DNA of 64,000 bases, taken from an uncultured Bacilli bacterium (GTDB taxonomy: Bacteria; Bacillota_I; Bacilli_A; RF39; UBA660). The DNA lies in NCBI GenBank assembly GCA_934089275.1, contig CAKOJJ010000004.1, positions 6,196 to 70,195 of the forward strand, given 5' to 3'. The position numbers were made by a program, and so were the translations under genes. Below the pieces are notes generated by a model. That model was given only the letters and a program-made list of their open reading frames with translations, was not told where the DNA came from and ran no database searches. Shown here piece after piece: positions 33,605 through 44,566 of the stretch. The first letter of the stretch is position 1. The number at the start of each line of letters is the position of its first letter.

Positions 33605-35521
33605 TTATTTCATATAAGGACTTTGAGTTCCATTAATAAAGTAGAATAGTTCTTTTGATTTAGCATCATATTTTCCTGTTTTAGGATTCATTGGAATCGC
33701 GATGACATTTTCTGGTAAAGGATACCATTCATCATCTATTATATCTTCAGTAAAAGCATTAACGCTTCGAAGCCATATATCTTTTATTATTTTAGAATAA
33801 GTTTTAGGTATATCTTTATTTTGATCATTTCCAGCCCAAAAAATCGATAAAACATTGTTATTATAACCACTTATCCAATAATCATTATCGGTTGTTCCAC
33901 TTTTTAAAGCGTATTTTTGATTTAATTTTCCATTTAAATAAAGAACAGTAGGTGAATTATAATCGACATAATTATAATTATACGTATTTCTCATCATTTC
34001 ATTTAAAATATATAAAGCGTCATCATTTAAAACTTTTTCTTCTTTATTTTTATGAATATACAAGACATTACCATTAACATCTTCAATTTTATTTATAAAA
34101 TAAAGTTCTCTTTTGTAGCCATTACTTGCAAGTGTAGTATAAGCAGTTGCATAATCTAACATATTGATTTCACTAGCGCCTAAAGCAAGAGAAGGGTTAG
34201 GAGCTAAGTTTTCTTTTAATCCGCAGGTTTTTAAAGTATCAACTAAAGTATTCTCTCCTAAAAACAAATGTGTTTTAACAGCGTAAATATTATCAGAGTA
34301 GGCAAGAGCTAAAGCCATGGATATATCTTTATTAGCATATTTATTGCCATAGTTCGTAGGATTATAAACCTTGTTTTCTTGAAATACAAATGAAGTTTTT
34401 TCAGACTTAAATGTAGATGCTTCAGTCATACCACTATTTAAAGCCGCATAATATAAGAAAGGCTTTATTGTAGAACCAACATGTCTTTTTGATTTTAACA
34501 CTCTATTATATTGACTTTTAGAGTAATTTTTACCACCAGCTAAAGCAACTACCTTACCATTTCTTGGATTAACAACAATTCCAGCAACCTGATTATCATC
34601 ATCAAGAGTTTTAGCTTTTATTTCTTCATCCATTGCTTTTTGAGTATCTAAATCTAAATTAGTATATATTCTAATTCCTCCAGAATTAATTAATTTTTGT
34701 GGAATAGAAGTAATTTTAGAAAGCTCATCCAAAACAGCATCTTGATAGTACATTAAAGTACTTAAATTATTTGTAGTCTTTTTACCATATAAATTTAAAT
34801 TATCAAAATTAAGATTATCATACACTTCGTTTGTAATCGTGCCATTTTCTTTTAATACACTTTTTACTACGTTAACTCTTTTCATACAAGCTTCCATATT
34901 TGAAATAGGATTATAGTTATTTGGACTTTTAGGAATACCTGCTAAAATAATTGCTTCTTCATCTGTTAAATCACTAGGTTCTTTATTAAAATAATAATTA
35001 GCTGCATTTTTTATTCCATAAACTCCTTCTCCAAAATAAATTGTATTTAAATATCCCTCTAAAATTTCATCTTTAGAATAATGAGTTTCTAATTTTATTG
35101 TTAAAAACGCTTCTTCAATTTTTCTTTCCCAGGTTTGATCAAAAGTTAAATATAAGTTCTTTACATATTGCTGACTTATAGAAGAAGCACCAGCAAGTAT
35201 TTTTCCGGATTTTATATTGGTAAATAAAGTTTTTAAAATTCTTGGTATATCAAAACCTAAATGATGATAAAAATGTTGATCTTCAATAGAAATAATGTAT
35301 TTTAAAAATTTAGGATCTATTTCTTTTAAAGATACCCAGGCACTTTTATTGCTACCTTGATAAACAACATTATCTTTATTATCATATAAGTAGTATGAAT
35401 TAGCCGAATTTAAGGACATTGCTGGCATAAAATACGAATAAACATATATTCCGATAATTATAACTAAAGTACTGATGAAAAGAAGAATAGATATTTTAAA
35501 TAGGTTTTTTATGTGTTTCAT
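33605..35521 (-). CDS. class A penicillin-binding protein (GT51 transglycosylase + transpeptidase)
   Basis: EDQHFYHHLGFD, GASSISQQYVKN and RKIEEA GT51 motifs, with STIKP and SGTT-type transpeptidase motifs. N-terminal TM helix. Confidence 0.88.
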   Translation of the reverse strand: MKHIKNLFKISILLFISTLVIIIGIYVYSYFMPAMSLNSANSYYLYDNKDNVVYQGSNKSAWVSLKEIDPKFLKYIISIEDQHFYHHLGFDIPRILKTLFTNIKSGKILAGASSISQQYVKNLYLTFDQTWERKIEEAFLTIKLETHYSKDEILEGYLNTIYFGEGVYGIKNAANYYFNKEPSDLTDEEAIILAGIPKSPNNYNPISNMEACMKRVNVVKSVLKENGTITNEVYDNLNFDNLNLYGKKTTNNLSTLMYYQDAVLDELSKITSIPQKLINSGGIRIYTNLDLDTQKAMDEEIKAKTLDDDNQVAGIVVNPRNGKVVALAGGKNYSKSQYNRVLKSKRHVGSTIKPFLYYAALNSGMTEASTFKSEKTSFVFQENKVYNPTNYGNKYANKDISMALALAYSDNIYAVKTHLFLGENTLVDTLKTCGLKENLAPNPSLALGASEINMLDYATAYTTLASNGYKRELYFINKIEDVNGNVLYIHKNKEEKVLNDDALYILNEMMRNTYNYNYVDYNSPTVLYLNGKLNQKYALKSGTTDNDYWISGYNNNVLSIFWAGNDQNKDIPKTYSKIIKDIWLRSVNAFTEDIIDDEWYPLPENVIAIPMNPKTGKYDAKSKELFYFINGTQSPYMK

Positions 35522-35593
35522 TTCATCACCTTTTATTATAATGAGACAAAATAAGAAAAATATGATAAAATATCGGCAAGTAAGGAAGATTTT

Positions 35594-35929
35594 ATGGAAA
35601 AACTAAAATTTATTCTTCAAAGTGATGGAGTAGATGCCATTAATCGCGAAGCAAATTATTATATAAAAGATAATATAATTAAATTTAAAATAGACAAAAC
35701 TGTATATGAATATGACTTAAATAAAGATATTTTAAAAAAAAGTGATGAATCTATATTATCAATGGATTTTCTGAATCTTTTAATTGTAATAACTTTAAAA
35801 GAAAACGACTATAGTTTTGATATTCCTATATTTAATGTTTTAATTGAAAAAGAGGAACACATAATAAAAATTAGTTATGATATAGAAGAGGATAAAATGA
35901 CTAATAAACGTATAATTATAGAATATTAA
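35594..35929 (+). CDS. hypothetical protein
   Basis: 111-aa ORF with no recognisable motif. Confidence 0.35.
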   Translation: MEKLKFILQSDGVDAINREANYYIKDNIIKFKIDKTVYEYDLNKDILKKSDESILSMDFLNLLIVITLKENDYSFDIPIFNVLIEKEEHIIKISYDIEEDKMTNKRIIIEY

Positions 35930-36040
35930 TTATTTATATTGACAAGCAATAATTATATGATAAAATTATTATTGTTTTAAGTATTAATGACAAATTATTT
36001 TATTCATGCATATAATGCAAGTGAATATAAGGAGGAAAAT

Positions 36041-36472
36041 ATGAAAACAATTAAATTAAGTGATGAAGAATTAGAAACTATGTCACACACTGATGTAGCT
36101 TATATGATATTAAAAGAAAACGGAAGTAAAATGACAATTCAAGACTTATTTAAATCAGTTATTGAATTAATGCATCTTCCTGAATCTTATTTTGAAAGTA
36201 AAATAGCAGACTTCTTTGGTCTTCTTACTACTGATAAAAGATTTATAATGTTAGAGAAAGGTTATTGGGATCTTTCAGATAATCATTCTAAGAAAGTAGT
36301 AATCGAATCTGACGATGATGAAGAAGAAGTAATCGCAGATGAAGAAGATGAAGAATGTTTAGACGAAGATGATGTTAACTATGATGAAACAGTAGTTGAC
36401 GATGATGATGAAGACGACGATTTAAAGGATTTAGTTATAATAGATGATGTAGAAGAAACAGAAGCAATGTAG
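36041..36472 (+). CDS. rpoE: RNA polymerase delta subunit RpoE
   Basis: HARE-HTH N-domain (DVAYMILKENG...FFGLLTTDKRFI) plus a polyacidic tail. ATG at 36041 follows AAGGAGG. Confidence 0.85.
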   Translation: MKTIKLSDEELETMSHTDVAYMILKENGSKMTIQDLFKSVIELMHLPESYFESKIADFFGLLTTDKRFIMLEKGYWDLSDNHSKKVVIESDDDEEEVIADEEDEECLDEDDVNYDETVVDDDDEDDDLKDLVIIDDVEETEAM

Positions 36473-36490
36473 AAAAATTTAGGTGGGTAT

Positions 36491-37546
36491 ATGATAGATA
36501 GATTAAATATAATAGTTAGTAGATATAATGAAATTCAAGAAGAGTTATTAAAGCCTGAAATATTAGGAGATTACTCTAAAATGAAAACATTATCTAAAGA
36601 GAAAAGTGATCTTGAAGAAATCGTAAAAAAATATGATGAATATAAAGAAACACAAAAAAGAATAGATGATGCTAAAGTATTAATAAATGATCCAGAGATG
36701 CATGATTTAGCTGAAATGGAACTAGATGAAGCAACTGAAAATCTAAAAACTATCACTCATGAACTAGAAATCCTTTTAATTCCTAAAGATGAAAATGATG
36801 GAAAAAATATTATTATGGAAATTCGTGGAGCTGCTGGAGGAGACGAAGCCAATATATTTGCCGGAGATTTATACAGAATGTATTCTAGGTATGCAGAAAA
36901 ACAAGGTTGGAAAATTGAAGTAACAAATGAAGTTGAAGGTACAGCTGGAGGATACTCACAAATTGAATTTATGATTAAAGGTGAAAATGTTTATTCTAAA
37001 TTAAAATTTGAAAGTGGTTCTCATCGAGTTCAAAGAGTACCTGAAACGGAATCACAAGGAAGAATTCAAACATCAACAGCTACAGTTGCTGTAATGCCAG
37101 AAGCTGAAGAATTTGATTATGAATTGGATATGAATGAAATTAGAATTGATATAACTCGTTCAAGCGGATGTGGTGGACAAGGAGTAAATACTACTGACTC
37201 TGCCGTTAGACTTACTCATATTCCAACAGGTATAATTGTTTACAGCCAAACAGAGAGAAGTCAAATCAGAAATAAAGAAAAAGCTATACAAATTATGAAA
37301 ACTCGTTTATATGATTTAAAACTTCGTGAAAAAGAAGAAGCTGAAGGTCAAGATAGAAGAAATAAAATTGGAACTGGAGATCGTTCTGAAAAGATAAGAA
37401 CATATAATTATCCACAAAATCGTGTAACTGATCATAGAATAGGCTTTTCTGTTATGAATCTTGATCGTGTAATGGACGGAGATTTAGATGCAATTATTGA
37501 TGCATTAATAACTGAAGATCAAAGAAGAAAACTAGAAAATAATTAA
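36491..37546 (+). CDS. prfA: peptide chain release factor 1
   Basis: GGQ motif (SSGCGGQGVNTTDSAVR) and PET-type tripeptide (VPETESQGR). Confidence 0.95.
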   Translation: MIDRLNIIVSRYNEIQEELLKPEILGDYSKMKTLSKEKSDLEEIVKKYDEYKETQKRIDDAKVLINDPEMHDLAEMELDEATENLKTITHELEILLIPKDENDGKNIIMEIRGAAGGDEANIFAGDLYRMYSRYAEKQGWKIEVTNEVEGTAGGYSQIEFMIKGENVYSKLKFESGSHRVQRVPETESQGRIQTSTATVAVMPEAEEFDYELDMNEIRIDITRSSGCGGQGVNTTDSAVRLTHIPTGIIVYSQTERSQIRNKEKAIQIMKTRLYDLKLREKEEAEGQDRRNKIGTGDRSEKIRTYNYPQNRVTDHRIGFSVMNLDRVMDGDLDAIIDALITEDQRRKLENN

Positions 37547-37548
37547 TT

Positions 37549-38364
37549 TTGTTGGGACTGATAACTTTGAAAATAAGTGAATATAAAAAATTAAAAGAAA
37601 AAGAAATAAGTTTAACTTTGTTAAATACACTTATTTCTGCTTTTTTTTATAAAAAAGATGATAACTATGAGTTAACAAAAGAAGATTTAACTCTTTTAAA
37701 TAGCAAAATAGAAGAAATAAAAAGCGGAAAACCAATACAATATGTTATTGGAAATGTTGATTTCTATGGTTATATTTTTGATGTTAATGAAAATGTATTA
37801 ATTCCACGATTTGAAACAGAAACATTGGTTGAAAAAACACTTAACTATATACAAAAATATTTTAATAAGAAAGTAGATATAGTTGATTTAGGAACCGGTT
37901 CAGGATGTATTGCAATTACTCTAAAGAAAAAAATTGATTGTAATGTTGATGCCGTTGATATTTCTTCCTCTGCTTTAAAGGTGGCTAAAGAAAATGCTAA
38001 AAAAAATAATGTTAATATTAATTTTATTGAAGGTGATATGTTAAAGCCTTTAGATAAAAAGTATGATGTTATTATTTCAAATCCACCATACATTGATCCT
38101 GAAGAAGAAATTATGGACATTGTTAAAGATAATGAACCAAGTTTAGCATTATATGCTTTAGATCATGGAATGTATTATTATAAAGAAATAATAAAAAATG
38201 CTAAAGAGTATTTAAATGCACGTTTTATAATTGCTTTTGAAATAGGATATAAACAAGGTGAAGAACTTCAAATGTTTGCCAAAAAATATTTCTCAGATGC
38301 AATTATTTCCGTAGAAAACGATTTATCCGAAAAAAATAGATATTTATTCATTATAAGTGAATAA
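37549..38364 (+). CDS. prmC: release-factor glutamine methyltransferase PrmC/HemK
   Basis: DLGTGSGCIA and NPPY motifs. Follows prfA. Confidence 0.9.
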   Translation: MLGLITLKISEYKKLKEKEISLTLLNTLISAFFYKKDDNYELTKEDLTLLNSKIEEIKSGKPIQYVIGNVDFYGYIFDVNENVLIPRFETETLVEKTLNYIQKYFNKKVDIVDLGTGSGCIAITLKKKIDCNVDAVDISSSALKVAKENAKKNNVNINFIEGDMLKPLDKKYDVIISNPPYIDPEEEIMDIVKDNEPSLALYALDHGMYYYKEIIKNAKEYLNARFIIAFEIGYKQGEELQMFAKKYFSDAIISVENDLSEKNRYLFIISE

Positions 38365-38406
38365 ATTTTTTTATTTGGCCTCATATAGATAGTAGAGGTG
38401 GAAATA

Positions 38407-38934
38407 ATGAAAAAAATATTAATTATAGTAGCAGCATTGATGATTGTAGTTGTAAATAATAAATCAAAAGATGATTTAATAATACCAGATGCATCCATAC
38501 GTTTTAGAGTAATTGCCAATAGCAACACTTTAGAGGATATAACTGAAAAAAATAAATTAAGTAATTATTTAGATTCTAAAATATTTGAATTTATTAAAAA
38601 TAGTACTTCAGCAACTGAAGCTAAACAAACTTTAACAGCTAATAAAACTAAAATATCATCAATTATCGATGAATATTTATTGAATAACAGAATAGATTAT
38701 GGTTATGAATTATCAATTGGAGAAAATTATTTTCCAACAAAATATTATAAAGGAATAAAATATAATGCAGGATATTATGATTCTGTTGTTGTTAAATTAG
38801 GTTCATCTAGCGGAATGAATTGGTGGTGTGTTATTTATCCTCCACTTTGTTTAATTGATGAGGAAAATAATAAAGATATTGAATATACTTCTTTAATAAA
38901 AGAAGTAATGGAAAAGTACAAAAATCGTTTATAA
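38407..38934 (+). CDS. spoIIR: stage II sporulation protein R
   Basis: Signal/TM segment followed by IRFRVIANSN... and a C-terminal NWWCVIYPPLC motif. Confidence 0.8.
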   Translation: MKKILIIVAALMIVVVNNKSKDDLIIPDASIRFRVIANSNTLEDITEKNKLSNYLDSKIFEFIKNSTSATEAKQTLTANKTKISSIIDEYLLNNRIDYGYELSIGENYFPTKYYKGIKYNAGYYDSVVVKLGSSSGMNWWCVIYPPLCLIDEENNKDIEYTSLIKEVMEKYKNRL

Positions 38935-39009
38935 TTGACAAATTCATCCATCATATTCGTCTTGAATAATAAATATATTAATAATATAATTATATTAAGA
39001 TGAAATTAG

Positions 39010-40272
39010 GTGAAAATATTGAAAAAATTAGTTATTGAAGGTGGTCGTGACATAAGCGGTACAATAAAAATAAGTGGAGCCAAAAACTCCGTTGTTGCCC
39101 TTATACCTGCAAGTATTTTGACCAGTGGAAGATGTGTCATAACCAATGTTCCAGACATATCTGATGTTAAAATACTAATCGATATGATGAAAGAATTAGG
39201 TTCAATTATTACATTTGAAAATGAAACTATTACAATTGATAACCGCTACGTTAAAAACAAAAAGATTACAGAGGAATATGCCAGTAAATTACGCGCTTCT
39301 TATTACTTCATGGGATCTTTAATAGGTAAATTTCATGAAGCTGAAATCGCTTATCCAGGAGGATGTGTGATAGGATCAAGACCAATAAATTATCACATAG
39401 AATCATTTAAAAAAATGGGAATAAATGTTAAAAATGTTGATGCACATTATAAAATGAAAACAAAAGATCTAAAAGGTAATGAATTTTATTTTGATTTTCC
39501 ATCAGTTGGAGCAACAATTAACATTATGTTAGCAGCGGTTCTTGCTAAAGGGAAGACTGTTATTTATAATGCAGCTAAAGAACCAGAAATTGCAAACGTC
39601 GCTTCATTTTTGAATTCTATGGGAGCTAAAGTTCTTGGAGCAGGAACATCTACTATTGAAATAATAGGAGTAGAAGAATTACACGATGGTTTTGTTGAGG
39701 TAATTCCGGATAGAATAGAAGCAGGAACATATATTTTAATTGGAGCGTTAATTGGTAAAAATTTAAAAATCGAGAACATTATTGAGCAACATATATCATC
39801 ACTTTTACATAAATTAAAACAAGCTGGTGTAAAATATAAAATAAAGAATAATACAATTGAAATTTCTAAAACGGAACATCTAAAATCTGTAGACGTCAAA
39901 ACAACAGTTTACCCAGGATTTCCAACAGATTTGGGCCAACCAATGTCAACTTTCTTAACTCAATGTGAAGGTGAGTCATTATTTGAAGAAACAATTTATG
40001 AAAATAGATTAAGACATGTTCCACATTTAAATTCCATGGGAGCAAATATACAAGCATTCGATAAAAAAGCCATAATTATAGGCAAAACTCCTCTTACAGG
40101 TCGAAAAGTAAAAGCTACAGATTTACGTGCTGGAGCAAGCATGCTAGTTGCCGGACTTATTGCTACTGGAACAACAGAAATTCAAAATATTGAACATCTT
40201 TTAAGAGGATATGAAAGAATCGTTGAAAAACTCGAAAGTGTTGGTGTAAATATTAAACTCATAGATGAATAA
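39010..40272 (+). CDS. murA: UDP-N-acetylglucosamine 1-carboxyvinyltransferase
   Basis: ISGAKNS start region, active-site GGCxIGxRPI (PGGCVIGSRPIN). 420 aa. Confidence 0.93.
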   Translation: MKILKKLVIEGGRDISGTIKISGAKNSVVALIPASILTSGRCVITNVPDISDVKILIDMMKELGSIITFENETITIDNRYVKNKKITEEYASKLRASYYFMGSLIGKFHEAEIAYPGGCVIGSRPINYHIESFKKMGINVKNVDAHYKMKTKDLKGNEFYFDFPSVGATINIMLAAVLAKGKTVIYNAAKEPEIANVASFLNSMGAKVLGAGTSTIEIIGVEELHDGFVEVIPDRIEAGTYILIGALIGKNLKIENIIEQHISSLLHKLKQAGVKYKIKNNTIEISKTEHLKSVDVKTTVYPGFPTDLGQPMSTFLTQCEGESLFEETIYENRLRHVPHLNSMGANIQAFDKKAIIIGKTPLTGRKVKATDLRAGASMLVAGLIATGTTEIQNIEHLLRGYERIVEKLESVGVNIKLIDE

Positions 40273-40361
40273 AAAATAGTTGAAAATTATTTCATTTATG
40301 TTATACTATTAACTAGTGAATTTCTATAACTATGTTTAGTTATGGCGGAAGGAGGATTTAA

Positions 40362-40568
40362 ATGAAAGCAAATTTACATCCAAAACAAGTTAAATGTACT
40401 TTTAAATGTGCATGTGGAGCTACATTTGAAGCAATGAGTAACAAAGAAGAACAATTACTTGAAGTATGTTCTGAATGTCATCCATTCTATACAGGAGCTC
40501 AAGGAAAACGTAAAAAAACTGGTAAAATTGAACAATTTAACAAAAAATATAATATTAATAAAGATTAA
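40362..40568 (+). CDS. rpmE: 50S ribosomal protein L31
   Basis: MKANLHPK..., CxC...CSECHPFYTG. Confidence 0.93.
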   Translation: MKANLHPKQVKCTFKCACGATFEAMSNKEEQLLEVCSECHPFYTGAQGKRKKTGKIEQFNKKYNINKD

Positions 40569-40576
40569 TTGTAAAG

Positions 40577-40605
40577 AATTAGACACTTATGTGTCTAATT
40601 TTTTA
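40577..40605 (+). terminator. rho-independent terminator
   Basis: AATTAGACAC-TTAT-GTGTCTAATT followed by a T-run. Confidence 0.75.
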
Positions 40606-40627
40606 TTGTATGGTAAAATATGAATAG

Positions 40628-41632
40628 GTGATTATTTTGAGCAAAGTAACATATTTAGTAAAAAGAATAGGTAAAATGAATTTTGGTAATATGTTTAAAA
40701 CAATAGATATGGTTCATGAAAAAAATCATAAATTTAAACCTTTTATCTTTTTTGATGTTGTTTGGTGCGGTTTAAAGTATCAAGCAGGTTATGTGGATTA
40801 TTATCAATTTGAAATGTATAAAATGAATGGTAAAGAAAGAAAAACGATTATTACAAGAGGAATCAACAATGCTATTTGTAAAAAATACAATGATCCATCA
40901 TCGATCTACAAATTTGAAGATAAATGTGTATTTAATGAAATATTTAATGAATACTTAAATCGTGATTGGTTAAAACTAACAGGAGATAATCTAAGTGAAT
41001 TTAAGAAATTCATAAGAAAACACTCAACTATTATTGTAAAACCAGTTGGACTATCTTGTGGTAAAGGTGTAGAAAAAATCGATACTACCAAGTTCAGTGC
41101 TGAAGAATTATATAATAATCTAATAAAAAATAATCAAATATTGGTAGAAGAAGTAGCTAAGCAAAACAAAGTTTTAAACGATTTATATCCACTTTCAGTT
41201 AACACTTTAAGAGTGGTAACATTAAATAAGAAAGTAGTTACCGCATATCTTAGAATCGGAAATGCTGGTAATGTGGTGGATAACTTCAATCATGGTGGAA
41301 TGGTTACGGCAGTTGATGTAGAAACTGGTGTAATAAACTACGAAGCAATCGATAAAAGTAAAAATGTTTATTCGGTTCATCCATTCACTAATAAGAAAAT
41401 AGTTGGAGTAAAAATACCAATGTGGGAAAAGGTAAAAAAACTATGTGTAGATGCTTGTGAAAAAGTCCCCGAAGTAGGATATATAGCTTGGGATGTTTGT
41501 TTAGGAGAGGATAAACCATGTTTAATAGAAGGAAATGATTTTCCAGGACATGATTTATATCAATTACCAGTTCACAGAGATGGTAATATTGGACTATTAC
41601 CAGTATTTAAAAAAGCAATGGAGGAAAAATAA
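40628..41632 (+). CDS. ATP-grasp family protein (TupA-like / sugar-transfer-associated type)
   Basis: KPVGLSCGKGV, RVVTL and NFNHGG...EGNDFPG ATP-grasp pattern. Family assignment is from memory. Confidence 0.55.
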   Translation: MIILSKVTYLVKRIGKMNFGNMFKTIDMVHEKNHKFKPFIFFDVVWCGLKYQAGYVDYYQFEMYKMNGKERKTIITRGINNAICKKYNDPSSIYKFEDKCVFNEIFNEYLNRDWLKLTGDNLSEFKKFIRKHSTIIVKPVGLSCGKGVEKIDTTKFSAEELYNNLIKNNQILVEEVAKQNKVLNDLYPLSVNTLRVVTLNKKVVTAYLRIGNAGNVVDNFNHGGMVTAVDVETGVINYEAIDKSKNVYSVHPFTNKKIVGVKIPMWEKVKKLCVDACEKVPEVGYIAWDVCLGEDKPCLIEGNDFPGHDLYQLPVHRDGNIGLLPVFKKAMEEK

Positions 41633-42072
41633 TGAAAATAGGAATTGCAACAGATCATAATGGAGTAAATGAAAAAAAAGTAATAATTGATCACTTAAAA
41701 AGTTTTGGAATAGATGTTGTTGATTATAGTAAAGAAAATTATCCAACTGATGACTATCCCGTTTTTGCTTTTAAAGTAGCAAATGCTATTAAAGATAAAG
41801 AAGTTGATTTAGGTATTTTGTTATGTGGAACAGGAATAGGTATGAGTATTGCCGCTAATAAAGTACATGGAATTCGCTGTGCTAGAGTTTGTTCTGTAAG
41901 TGATGCTCATTTAGCAAAATTTCATAACAATGCCAATATAATTGCAATGAGTTATAAAGAACCAATGGCAAACCTTTTAGATATGATAGATGAATTTATA
42001 AAAACGGATTTTGCCGGAGAAGAAAGACACGTTAGAAGAATAAAAATGATTGAGGATATTGATCATGATTAA
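41632..42072 (+). CDS. rpiB: ribose-5-phosphate isomerase B
   Basis: MKIGIATDH...LLCGTGIGMSIAANK LacAB/RpiB signature. Confidence 0.9.
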   Translation: MKIGIATDHNGVNEKKVIIDHLKSFGIDVVDYSKENYPTDDYPVFAFKVANAIKDKEVDLGILLCGTGIGMSIAANKVHGIRCARVCSVSDAHLAKFHNNANIIAMSYKEPMANLLDMIDEFIKTDFAGEERHVRRIKMIEDIDHD

Positions 42073-42256
42073 ATTAATGATTTATGCTATTTGTATTCTT
42101 GCATCCACTTTTGCAGTATCAGGAATTAACTTTGATCCGATAATAAAAAAGAACCATATTTGGGAAGCAAGATTTTTGTCGATCATTTTTATTCTATGTT
42201 TGAGTTATATTTTAGCATCTTTTTTATATGATTTAATGAGTATATCAATTATATAG
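42065..42256 (+). CDS. small membrane protein (DUF1146/YwzB-like)
   Basis: Two TM helices. Positioned near murA/spoIID as ywzB is in B. subtilis. Confidence 0.45.
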   Translation: MIKLMIYAICILASTFAVSGINFDPIIKKNHIWEARFLSIIFILCLSYILASFLYDLMSISII

Positions 42257-42265
42257 GAGGATGTT

Positions 42266-43171
42266 ATGAAAATCTTAACTTATTCGTCAGTACCAATCTT
42301 AGTAGTATATCTAGGGTTGTTTTTTTATAATTACAACGCCTCATTTAAAAAAGATGATTTCTTTGAAAGTATGCCAAAACTAGAAGAAAAGGTAAAAGAC
42401 ACAGAAAAAACGCCAGTAGTAGATGAAACATTAGAAAACTATATCATTGGTGTAGTTTCTTGTGAAATGCCAGCATCTTTCAATATCGAAGCTTTAAAAG
42501 CTCAAGCAGTAGCTGCAAGAACATTTGCTTATTATAAAATAAATAAAGAAAATTTTAATGAAGCAAACTTAGCAAAAGCAACCGATCAATGCTATATCGA
42601 TGAAAATGCAATGAAAGAAAAATGGGGAAATACTTATGATAAGTATAAAGAAATAGTTGTATCAGCTGTAAAAGCTACTGAAGGAGAAATTTTAAAGAAA
42701 AATAACGAGTTGTTTAAAACATATTACTTTTCAACATCAAATGGCTATACAGAAGATGCTATAACTGTATTTAAAAATAATGACATTACATCAGTTTCCT
42801 CTCCATGGGATAAAGATACAAGTGGTTATAAAAAAGTAGCAACATTTACTAAAGAAGAGTTAATTCAAAAATTAGGATCATTTAATACAATAACTATTCA
42901 AAAAAGAAATAAAACTAATCATGTTGAACAAGTTTCTGTTGATGCTAAAACTTATACTGGTATAGAATTCAGAAAGTTACTTGGTTTAAGAAGTACGGAT
43001 TTCACGATTGACTTTACTGAAGATAAGATAAATATAACAACATATGGTTATGGACATGGAGTTGGTATGAGTCAAACCGGAGCTAATGAACTTGCCAAAC
43101 AAAATAAAGATTATAAGTATATTTTAAGTTATTATTATAATACTCAAGAATTTTCTAATATTTATGTATAA
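42266..43171 (+). CDS. spoIID: stage II sporulation protein D (lytic transglycosylase)
   Basis: LEXYIXGVVSCEMP, ALKAQAVAARTFA, YFSTSNGYTE and GHGVGMSQTGA motifs. Confidence 0.9.
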   Translation: MKILTYSSVPILVVYLGLFFYNYNASFKKDDFFESMPKLEEKVKDTEKTPVVDETLENYIIGVVSCEMPASFNIEALKAQAVAARTFAYYKINKENFNEANLAKATDQCYIDENAMKEKWGNTYDKYKEIVVSAVKATEGEILKKNNELFKTYYFSTSNGYTEDAITVFKNNDITSVSSPWDKDTSGYKKVATFTKEELIQKLGSFNTITIQKRNKTNHVEQVSVDAKTYTGIEFRKLLGLRSTDFTIDFTEDKINITTYGYGHGVGMSQTGANELAKQNKDYKYILSYYYNTQEFSNIYV

Positions 43172-43215
43172 TTTTTAAATATTCGCGAACACTTTCTATT
43201 AGGAAGGTGGAAAAT

Positions 43216-43848
43216 ATGAAGAGAAGAAGATTAAAATCTTGGGTTGTAACTAGCTTATTTATTTTACTTATTGCAGGTTTAGTAGGAATAACAATAGGAG
43301 TATCCAAAAGCATTATCAAATCAATGAATGTAGATAATAATTCATATGTTTTAAGGGACATTGCTAACTACTATTTACCAGTGAACTCAGAAATTGAAAA
43401 TATAATTAAACGTCCTTTCAGTGATGAAAGTGTAAACATCCACATCAATTTCTATGATGCAAACAGTGATGAAGAAACTAAAAGCAAATCTCTAATAAAA
43501 TATGAAAGAACATATTTACCAAATACAGGTGTACTATATGGTAGTGAAAAATCATTTGATGTACTTGCCGTATTTGAAGGTGAAGTCATAAAAGTTGACG
43601 AAGATGAAATGTTTGGTAAAACAGTTGAAATCAAACATAAAAATAATTTAACTAGTAAATATTCAAGTCTTTCAAGTGTAAATGTTAATGTTGGAGATAC
43701 AGTACAAGTTGGAGAAGTAATAGGTAAAAGTGGAAACAATAAAATCGTTTCAGTAAGTCAAAATATGTTATTATGTGAATTAATATATAATGGTGAGTAT
43801 GTAAATCCAGAAAAATACTTCAATACTAAAATTGAAGAGATGAATTAA
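43216..43848 (+). CDS. degenerate M23/LytM-domain membrane protein (SpoIIQ-like)
   Basis: N-terminal TM helix. LytM fold pattern GKTVEIKHKNNLTSKYSSLSS..V.VGD.V..GEVIG without the HxH metal ligands. Confidence 0.5.
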   Translation: MKRRRLKSWVVTSLFILLIAGLVGITIGVSKSIIKSMNVDNNSYVLRDIANYYLPVNSEIENIIKRPFSDESVNIHINFYDANSDEETKSKSLIKYERTYLPNTGVLYGSEKSFDVLAVFEGEVIKVDEDEMFGKTVEIKHKNNLTSKYSSLSSVNVNVGDTVQVGEVIGKSGNNKIVSVSQNMLLCELIYNGEYVNPEKYFNTKIEEMN

Positions 43849-43906
43849 TATAAAAAATATATATGTAAAACTAACTGATAAATACATATATACATACTCC
43901 GATAAA

Positions 43907-44359
43907 ATGAAAAGATATGATTCTAAATACATTAAAAATGGAACTGTTGATGACGTATTTAAACTGATAGACTATTTAAATAAAATATTAGAAAAAAATA
44001 TCTTTAAGATAAAATATACTTTTATTTTAGATACTCTTCTTTCCAACAGTGATCTTTTCACTTTTAAATATGTATTTGAATCTATGGGATTAATTAACTA
44101 TAAAATAATAAATGACTTAGATATAATAAAAAATCATGTAACAGATAATAATATAATAATTATGAATTGGTCTAGTTCTATAAATTATTGTTTTAAATTA
44201 AAAGATGAAATAGTTGTAAATAAATATAATACTAATGTAATAAATAGTTTGGATAAAGATTATATTTTAATGATTGGAGATACAAATATTTCAGCTAAAA
44301 TAAAAAAGCCCATATATAAATATGAGCATGAAGAATTGGTAATATTTAATTATTTATAA
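43907..44359 (+). CDS. hypothetical protein
   Basis: 150-aa ORF with no recognisable motif. Confidence 0.35.
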   Translation: MKRYDSKYIKNGTVDDVFKLIDYLNKILEKNIFKIKYTFILDTLLSNSDLFTFKYVFESMGLINYKIINDLDIIKNHVTDNNIIIMNWSSSINYCFKLKDEIVVNKYNTNVINSLDKDYILMIGDTNISAKIKKPIYKYEHEELVIFNYL

Positions 44360-44393
44360 ATATTATCTTTTTTTTGGTATAATAATTATAAAC

Positions 44394-44491
44394 AAAAAAA
44401 ACGAAGCAGTCCCCCTGAGAACTGCTTCAAAGAATAAAAAGGGGTTGGCTAGTGTGATACTAGCACCAATTCGCCTGTAAGTGAATTGGTA
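44394..44491 (-). ncRNA. candidate small RNA 1 (C-rich motif, own promoter and terminator)
   Basis: Minus strand has TTGACA (44526-44521)-17-TAGTAT. Two hairpins follow (ACCAATTC/GAATTGGT and GCTAGT/ACTAGC), then single-stranded CAACCCCUUUUU. The terminator is GAAGCAGT/ACTGCTTC followed by U9. Confidence 0.45.
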
Positions 44492-44566
44492 CTACATATA
44501 CTAATCGATTTGGGTATTTTTGTCAACACTTTTTTGACTTTTTTTAAAAAATTTTATGGAGGAAAT

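Noticed and set aside
44403-44428. Hairpin GAAGCAGT/ACTGCTTC read as the terminator of the upstream plus-strand gene 43907-44359
   Set aside because: On the plus strand the A-run precedes the stem and no T-run follows. The U-run is on the minus strand, which fits termination of the minus-strand sRNA candidate.
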